This document shows, one piece after another, positions 57,559-64,000 of a stretch of DNA of 64,000 nucleotides. The position numbers were made by a program, and so were the translations under genes. The stretch is from Promethearchaeota archaeon (GTDB taxonomy: Archaea; Asgardarchaeota; Lokiarchaeia; Sigyniarchaeales; SOKP01): assembly GCA_048941185.1 (NCBI GenBank), contig JBHLNW010000006.1, forward strand, positions 1,115 through 65,114. Direction: 5' to 3'. How positions within the stretch are numbered: position 1 is the first letter of the stretch; each line of letters opens with the position of its first letter. The notes below the pieces were generated by a model. It searched no databases and had not been told where the DNA came from. It saw only the letters and a program-made list of their open reading frames with translations.

Positions 57559-58587
57559 ATGACTAATGATAAAACAATTAAAAAAAGAGAAATAATTGGA
57601 CTTGGATTGATATCTGGAGGTTTAGACAGTTTAATTTCTTGTTTGGTAGTCCAAATGCAAGGAATTAAAGTAATTGGATTAAACTTCACATCCCCTTTTT
57701 GTCAATATGATAAGCAATCTAGTCAAGTAGAGTGTAACTTAGATTTATTTCAACAAAAACTTGGAATTCAAATACATTATTTACCATTAGGAGAAGATTA
57801 TTTTGAAATAATTCGAAACCCTAAATATGGTTATGGGAAGAATATAAATCCATGTATCGATTGTAGAATATATGTTTTGAAGAAAGCAAAAGAATTTATG
57901 AAAAAAGTAAAAGCAGATTTAATTTTTACTGGAGAAGTGCTTAATCAAAGACCAAAATCTCAACATTTCGATGCATTAAAAATAGTGGAAAAAGAATCAG
58001 GTCTTGAAGGTAAACTCTTAAGACCCTTATCAGCACTACACCTAAAACCAACTATTTATGAAGAACAAAGATTAATAGATCGAAAAAAATTATTTGGGGT
58101 TAAAGGAAGGAGTAGAAAAATACAAATGAAATTAGCTAGAGAACATAATTTATTGGAAAATTATTATGCATGTGGAGGTTGTTTATTAACTGACGAAAAT
58201 TTCACAAATCGTTTAAGAGACTCTCTAAAATTCAATTCGAATCTAAAGATGGATGATATACCTATTCTTAGAATTGGGCGTCATTTCAGGTATAAGAAAA
58301 CTAAGATAATAGTAGGAAGGAACGAAAAAGAAAACAAAATTCTACTTGCGCTTAAAAAGCCTAAGGATTTAGTAATTGAAACAAATGATGTTCCAGGACC
58401 TATTACTATAATACAAGGGCAATATGATGAGGAATCTTTGAATTATGCAGCTAAATTAACTTTAAGATATTCTGATTTAAATCAACTAAAAGGTAAAGTG
58501 AAGTATGGAAAAGATTTTAATAAATTAGATACTGAAATTGCAGTTGAAATCAAAAAAGATGAAAATTTAAAGAAATTTATACTCTAA
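57559..58587 (+). CDS. PP-loop ATP pyrophosphatase family protein (probable tRNA thiolation enzyme)
   Basis: SGGLDS PP-loop and an NPCIDCRIY motif resembling MnmA/ThiI-type enzymes. The exact subfamily is not resolved. Confidence 0.55.
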   Translation: MTNDKTIKKREIIGLGLISGGLDSLISCLVVQMQGIKVIGLNFTSPFCQYDKQSSQVECNLDLFQQKLGIQIHYLPLGEDYFEIIRNPKYGYGKNINPCIDCRIYVLKKAKEFMKKVKADLIFTGEVLNQRPKSQHFDALKIVEKESGLEGKLLRPLSALHLKPTIYEEQRLIDRKKLFGVKGRSRKIQMKLAREHNLLENYYACGGCLLTDENFTNRLRDSLKFNSNLKMDDIPILRIGRHFRYKKTKIIVGRNEKENKILLALKKPKDLVIETNDVPGPITIIQGQYDEESLNYAAKLTLRYSDLNQLKGKVKYGKDFNKLDTEIAVEIKKDENLKKFIL

Positions 58588-58741
58588 ATTGTGTGAATAT
58601 ACAATTGTATATATTAACGATACGTAAATATCTTGCGAAAGTAAGATATAAATAAACCAACTCTTACTAAGGAAATATAATTATTATAAGATAATCAGAT
58701 TTGATTATTATCAAAATTTACTAGTGTGTCGTGTTTTTTAA

Positions 58742-61468
58742 ATGCTTAATGATAAGAATGTGGAATTTAACAATTTTAACTCTAAAGAAAGTGAGACCAT
58801 TCTTAAAACTTCAATTGAAAGCCTACCTTTTGACGTTTTTATTATTAACAAAGATGGATATTATACTATGCAAAATTCAACTTGTAAAAAACATTGGGGT
58901 GATGTAGTAGGAAAGCGACCTGAAGAAGTAGCTAGTAATGAAAAAACTCTTACAATATGGAAAGAAAATAATTCAAGAGCTTTTTCTGGAGAAACAGTAA
59001 AGGGTGAAGTGAGCTATGAATGGAATGGAGAGACTCATTTTTTTTATAATATCATAAGTCCTGTATATATAAATAATGAAATTCAATACATTTTCGGAAT
59101 AAATATCGAAATAACTGAAATAAAAGAAACTAAACAAAAGCTTCAAGAATCTGAAAAAGAACATCGAGAAATTATAGAAAATCTTGATGTGGGTTTCTTT
59201 CGAGTAAGTTTAGATGACATAATTTTAACTCATAATCGAAAATATAATGAAATACTTGGAATCGATCGATCATTAAATCTTATTGGCGAAAAAATGTTTA
59301 ACTTTTGGCTGAATCAACATGAACGAGAAAAATTTCTTAAAGAATTAAAGAAAGATGGAAAAGTTAAAAATTATATTGTGAATGCTAAAAAAATTAACGG
59401 TGAAACTATTGTTTTACAGGGAAATTCACATTTAATTAGAGATAATAACGGTAATTCTATTGCAATTGAGATAACTATTATTGATATTACAGAACGTAGA
59501 CAAATAGAGATAAAATTAAAAGAATCCGAAGCTAAATATTATAATCTTTTTGAACTTTCTCCAGATGGTGTTGTACTTACTGATTTGAATGGCAATATCT
59601 TAGAAGTAAACTCTGCATTAGAAAATTTAAGTGGTTATTCTCTCAAAGAATTTCTTGGAAAAAATTTTATGAGTTTGGATATTTTTTATGAAGATGCAAA
59701 AGAAGTCTTAATAGAAGGATATCGAAAATTACTTAATGAAAATCTTTTGGCAACTGTAGAATTTCCAATTAAAACTAAAGAGAATAAAATTAACTGGGTC
59801 CAAGTGAGATCCAATTTGATAAATCTAAAAGGAAAAAACTATATTCTATCTGTGATTCATGATATAACTACTTTTAAAGAAATTGAAGAGGCAGTAAGAA
59901 AAAACGAAGAAAAATTCCGTGATATTCTAGAAACGTCATCAGTTGGAGTTATGGAATTCGACGTAATTAATAAAAAGCTTCTCTATATTAATCCAAAATT
60001 ATTAAATATGATTGGATTTAATAAAGAAGAATTAAATGAAGAAATTTTTCGATATAATATTATTCATCCAAAAGATTTAGTTAAACTTTTAAAATCGAAT
60101 GAAGAACGAGAATTAGAATTTCAAATTAAAGACAAGAAAGGTAAATTGAAATGGTTAGCAGGGAAAACTATTCCTCATTTTGATGAAAATGGAGAAATTG
60201 ATAGTATTAGAGTTTGGTTAGATGACATTACAGAAAAAAAAATGTATGAGAATATGATTTATGAATTAAATATAAATTTCTTAAATTTTTCAGCAGATAT
60301 TCAAAAAAACATTGATTTACTCTTGAACACATGTTTAAAATTATTAGATGGAAGTTTAATTTTATATGTTTACAAAAATGTTTCGGATAGTGAAGAAAAC
60401 TACCAAGTTATAACTTCTGAAAATAAAACTTATAATTACAATTCAGAAGAATTTAATCAGCTGTTTGTGAGTGAGTTATTTCAAGAAGAACACGACTTCC
60501 CACAAACATTTACTGATATTGATAGAATGAAATATGCTGAAACAGATCCTTTCATCCTAGATCATCAATTTAAAGGGTGTTTTGGAAAAGTTATTAAATC
60601 CCATGCTGGTCTTAATGGCGCAGCATGCATTTTTTATAGAAATAATCCCATATTAAGTGGAATAGATAAATTAGTTCTTTTTTTTATTTGTGATGCACTT
60701 GAAATAGAACAAAGACGTTGGCAAGTACAAAAAGATTTAGAAAAACAGAATATAACATTAAGTAAAATAAATAAATTAAAATCAGAATTGTTTTCGAGAA
60801 CGTCCCATGAATTGAAAACTCCACTAATTTCAATTAAAGGTTTTACACAACTTTTATTAACTCTTTATAAATCAAAATTGGATCCTGAAGTTATATCTAT
60901 CTTAAAGGAAATCAGTGATGGAAGTAAACGTCTTGAAAAAATAATTAATTTACTTTTAGATAGTACCAAATTAGAAGCAGGGCAATTATCCTTGAACCTG
61001 CGAGATGAGGATTTAGCTTTTTTAATTAGATTTTGTGTTAAAGAACTTCAAGGATTAGCTAAATTAAGAAAACAGACTATTTCTCTGAATTTACCGAAAA
61101 AATTGGAAACAAAATTTGATAAAGAGAGGATTTATGAGGTTATGTCAAACTTATTAGTAAATGCGATTAAATATACTCCTCCTGGAGGAGAAATATCAAT
61201 TGAATCCAAGAAAAATGATGGGTCATATGAAATTTCGATAAAAGATAATGGAATTGGATTTACTGAAGAAGAAAAAAATCTTGTATTTAGGCAGTTTGGA
61301 AAAATTGAGAGATATGGACAAGGATGGGATATTGCAGCTGACGGTACAGGATTAGGACTATATATTACAAAAAAGCTTGTAGAATTACATGGAGGTAGAA
61401 TTTGGCTTGAATCTAAAGGAAGAAATAAAGGGACTATATTCCATTTTTCCCTTCCGATCTTAAAATGA
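58742..61468 (+). CDS. multi-PAS sensor histidine kinase (cytoplasmic)
   Basis: Several PAS-like units. HisKA H-box FSRTSHELKTPL and HATPase_c N/G boxes (NLLVNAIKYT, DNGIGF, GTGLGLYI). No TM helix. Confidence 0.85.
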   Translation: MLNDKNVEFNNFNSKESETILKTSIESLPFDVFIINKDGYYTMQNSTCKKHWGDVVGKRPEEVASNEKTLTIWKENNSRAFSGETVKGEVSYEWNGETHFFYNIISPVYINNEIQYIFGINIEITEIKETKQKLQESEKEHREIIENLDVGFFRVSLDDIILTHNRKYNEILGIDRSLNLIGEKMFNFWLNQHEREKFLKELKKDGKVKNYIVNAKKINGETIVLQGNSHLIRDNNGNSIAIEITIIDITERRQIEIKLKESEAKYYNLFELSPDGVVLTDLNGNILEVNSALENLSGYSLKEFLGKNFMSLDIFYEDAKEVLIEGYRKLLNENLLATVEFPIKTKENKINWVQVRSNLINLKGKNYILSVIHDITTFKEIEEAVRKNEEKFRDILETSSVGVMEFDVINKKLLYINPKLLNMIGFNKEELNEEIFRYNIIHPKDLVKLLKSNEERELEFQIKDKKGKLKWLAGKTIPHFDENGEIDSIRVWLDDITEKKMYENMIYELNINFLNFSADIQKNIDLLLNTCLKLLDGSLILYVYKNVSDSEENYQVITSENKTYNYNSEEFNQLFVSELFQEEHDFPQTFTDIDRMKYAETDPFILDHQFKGCFGKVIKSHAGLNGAACIFYRNNPILSGIDKLVLFFICDALEIEQRRWQVQKDLEKQNITLSKINKLKSELFSRTSHELKTPLISIKGFTQLLLTLYKSKLDPEVISILKEISDGSKRLEKIINLLLDSTKLEAGQLSLNLRDEDLAFLIRFCVKELQGLAKLRKQTISLNLPKKLETKFDKERIYEVMSNLLVNAIKYTPPGGEISIESKKNDGSYEISIKDNGIGFTEEEKNLVFRQFGKIERYGQGWDIAADGTGLGLYITKKLVELHGGRIWLESKGRNKGTIFHFSLPILK

Positions 61469-61632
61469 CACACTACAAAATAATAATTTCAAAATTTCCT
61501 AAACCTTAATTAAAATTAATTTCATAAATCTAAAGAAGAACTGGACTCCTAATTTTTTATTAAAAAATTTGAATAATAATAAATCAAAGAACTTAATCTA
61601 AAATTTGGAAAAAAAAAAATTAATTAGGTAAA

Positions 61633-61857
61633 ATGATAAAATTGAGAGAAAACGGAGATTTTGAAAATATACCTGAAATTAAGAAGTATTTTTCAAGAAT
61701 TTATACGATTTTATCAAAAGAAATTCGAGAGAAACTAAAAGATCTAAATGTTTCAAAAGAGAAGAAAAAAAAGATAAAAAAAGAATTAGCTTTTTTATCA
61801 AAAGATAAACAATTAGAATATTTGGATGAATTAATTTATTTGAATAATCTTAATTAA
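61633..61857 (+). CDS. hypothetical small K/E-rich protein
   Basis: 74-aa ORF. No motif. Confidence 0.25.
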   Translation: MIKLRENGDFENIPEIKKYFSRIYTILSKEIREKLKDLNVSKEKKKKIKKELAFLSKDKQLEYLDELIYLNNLN

Positions 61858-62127
61858 ATTATAGCTAAATTTTATACCTCTTTTTAGTATAATCAAAATG
61901 CCTAATAAGCTGTGCATTTTTTGCTTATAAAAATGTAAAATATAAGAAATAACTGTTCTTTTAGAATTAGTTATTAATTATCGATAACAAATTTTTTTAA
62001 GAAAACTACTTTTTCCTTCTTAAGATTATCAATTTATTTGTTTGATCAAACACATAAAAGCAAACCACTTTGTTTTTTACAAAATTGCATATCATTTTTT
62101 AAATCATATACGAGATTCGAATAAATT

Positions 62128-62730
62128 ATGAGCGAAAATGTGGAAAAATATATTAAAAGAAAAGTCTATAAGTCAATGAATTCAAGAATTGCACAAAAAT
62201 TTGTGGATGCGGGGTTAGAAAAAATTAGAGCTTGCATTAATTGTGGAACGTGTACTGGAGGATGCCCTTCGGGACGACGTACAGCATACAGGACTCGCTC
62301 AGCAGTACGCAGAGCATTAACAGGCGATGAATCTGTTTTACAAGATATTGATATCTGGTTATGTTCAACGTGTTATTATTGTTATGAACGTTGTCCACGA
62401 AATATTCCTGTTACAGATATGATTATCAAACTCAGAAATATTGCTGTTGAAGAAGGTTATATTTTAGATTCTCATTTTGGATTAGCAAATAATGTTTTTT
62501 ATACTACAGGTCATGGTGTTCCAGCAGATGGAGAAGCGAATAAAAAATGGAGAGATTTACGAGAATCATATGGATTACCTCCACTTCCTCCAACAGTTCA
62601 CTCCTATCCTGAAGCAGTCAAAGAATGTCAAGAATTAATGAAAGCTGTTGGATTTAAAGAATTAATGGATAATGCTGCAAAATTAAAAGAACAACGAGAA
62701 AAAAAAGCTAATAAGGAGGAAAACCAATGA
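62128..62730 (+). CDS. hdrC: heterodisulfide reductase subunit C (paralog of 35790..36422)
   Basis: CINCGTCTGGCP and CSTCYYCYERCP motifs. Collinear with the 35.8-kb copy. Confidence 0.85.
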   Translation: MSENVEKYIKRKVYKSMNSRIAQKFVDAGLEKIRACINCGTCTGGCPSGRRTAYRTRSAVRRALTGDESVLQDIDIWLCSTCYYCYERCPRNIPVTDMIIKLRNIAVEEGYILDSHFGLANNVFYTTGHGVPADGEANKKWRDLRESYGLPPLPPTVHSYPEAVKECQELMKAVGFKELMDNAAKLKEQREKKANKEENQ

Positions 62731-63680
62731 TAAATGACGATTATAAATGGCATTATGGATTATTTTTAGGATGTGTTATCCCCAACCGTTATCCTATGAT
62801 TGAAGCTTCAATAAGGAACGTCTTCGACCACCTTGGAGCTCAAATTTTAGATTTACCAGGTGCTTCCTGTTGTCCTGCTCCCGGAGTTTTTAGAGCATTT
62901 CATATTCCAACATGGCTAGTTATTGCAGCTAGAAACATCTCAATTGCAGAAGAAATTGGAATAAATCCACTTACTGGATGTAATGGTTGTTATGGAACTC
63001 TCAGAGATGCTTGGTATGAACTTGAACATGAATATGAATTGAAAAAAGAAGTAAATAAATATCTTGCTAAAGTAGGAAGAACATACAAAGGTAATCTTGA
63101 ACCAAAACATGTTGTTCAAGCATTATATCTCGATATGGGTTTAGATCATTTAAAAGATTTTATAAAATTCAAGTTTTCAGATTTAAAAGTAGCTGTACAT
63201 TATGGTTGCCATATTGTAAAACCAAGTGATAAAAGACCTTGGGATGGTGAATATGAAGCCCCAAGATTTCTTGATGACATTGTCGAAATTACAGGGGCAA
63301 AAAGTATTGATTATAAAGATAAATATATGTGTTGTGGAGCAGGTGGCGCTGTTAGAACTGCTGTTAAAGAAGTTTCTGCAGATTTCACAAGAGAAAAACT
63401 TACTAATATGAGAGATGTAGGAGTTGATATTATAGTGGATTGTTGTCCTTTTTGTCATCTTCAGTTAGATTTGGGCCAATTTGAGGTAAATAATATATTT
63501 AAAGATGAAATTGGTGAGTCATTTCATATCCCTGTTGTTTATATAACTCAGTTGTTAGGTCTTGCTTTTGGAATTGATCCAAATCTTTTAGGATTAATTA
63601 AAAATCATGAATTGACTGGTGTTCCACCATTTATTTCAATTGATCCATTTCTAAAACTTGTTAAAGGACAATTAACCTAG
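62727..63680 (+). CDS. hdrB: heterodisulfide reductase subunit B (paralog of 34774..35745)
   Basis: SCCPAPG, MCCGAGGA and CPFCHLQ motifs. Has a 4-nt overlap with hdrC. Confidence 0.9.
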   Translation: MINDDYKWHYGLFLGCVIPNRYPMIEASIRNVFDHLGAQILDLPGASCCPAPGVFRAFHIPTWLVIAARNISIAEEIGINPLTGCNGCYGTLRDAWYELEHEYELKKEVNKYLAKVGRTYKGNLEPKHVVQALYLDMGLDHLKDFIKFKFSDLKVAVHYGCHIVKPSDKRPWDGEYEAPRFLDDIVEITGAKSIDYKDKYMCCGAGGAVRTAVKEVSADFTREKLTNMRDVGVDIIVDCCPFCHLQLDLGQFEVNNIFKDEIGESFHIPVVYITQLLGLAFGIDPNLLGLIKNHELTGVPPFISIDPFLKLVKGQLT

Positions 63681-63692
63681 GAGGGTTAAAAA

Positions 63693-64000
63693 ATGACAGA
63701 AATTAAGAAACAAATTGAAATTACTGGAAATGAAAGACCGAAAATTGGAGTATATATCTGCCATTGTGGTGTAAACATAGGTGGTGTTGTTTCAGTTCCA
63801 GATTTGGTTGAATATTCAAAAACACTTCCAAATGTAGAAGTAGCTCGAGAATATAAATTCTTTTGTTCTGATGTTGGACAAAAAATGATTAAAGAAGATA
63901 TTGAAACAGGATTAATAAATAGGGTAGTAGTTGCTGCATGTTCTCCACGAATGCATGAACCTACTTTTAGAATTGCATGTAAAGAAGCTGGATTAAATCA
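63693..64000 (+). CDS. hdrA: heterodisulfide reductase subunit A, 3' end outside window
   Basis: ATG after GGAGGG. The translation [33 protein letters not shown]...[12 protein letters not shown] parallels the N-terminus of the 34.8-kb hdrA. Confidence 0.85.
   Translation, partial: MTEIKKQIEITGNERPKIGVYICHCGVNIGGVVSVPDLVEYSKTLPNVEVAREYKFFCSDVGQKMIKEDIETGLINRVVVAACSPRMHEPTFRIACKEAGLN

Overview
This is a strongly AT-rich archaeal window. Gene content suggests an Asgard/Lokiarchaeia-like anaerobe, which is my inference and not verified. Most of the window is anaerobic redox metabolism.

(1) Hydrogenase operon with a selenopeptide. The minus-strand operon mvhG-like / truncated [NiFe] large subunit / 49-codon ORF / hdrC / hdrB spans 6.5-10.9 kb. 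The 49-codon ORF is absent from the ORF track. It carries the missing C-terminal Ni-binding motif with an in-frame TGA (RCFDC-U-LSCAAH), so this looks like a split, selenocysteine-containing VhuA/VhuU-type hydrogenase.

(2) Variant cytochrome c maturation locus (13.2-28 kb), the most unusual region. It holds ccmC-D-E, ccmB-A and ccmF, with no ccmG/H. These genes are interleaved with four secreted or membrane proteins that each have exactly one mature-domain Cys. That Cys sits in a shared N-terminal H-x(2-4)-C-H motif rather than CxxCH.
- One of the four is a 1497-aa surface protein with 14 tandem ~93-aa repeats.
- Another is fused to a His-bearing 4-TM domain and is followed by a GlcD-like FAD oxidase and an HdrD/GlcF-like CCG Fe-S protein.
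- Two divergent Lrp/AsnC paralogs with Cys-rich tails flank the locus.

(3) Further Hdr and hydrogenase genes. There are two more hdrCBA loci, one of them with mvhD and a polyferredoxin, plus an orphan hydrogenase small-subunit paralog. Maturation genes hypC, cooC, hypE, hypD and hypF are also present.

(4) Other genes: purF plus a Cys1-less purF paralog, fwdA, a homocitrate/IPM-synthase-like gene, an LRR/HEAT protein, a PAS histidine kinase, a CheY-like receiver, endonuclease V, and an intron-containing tRNA-Cys.

I saw no CRISPR arrays, rRNA genes or obvious mobile elements.
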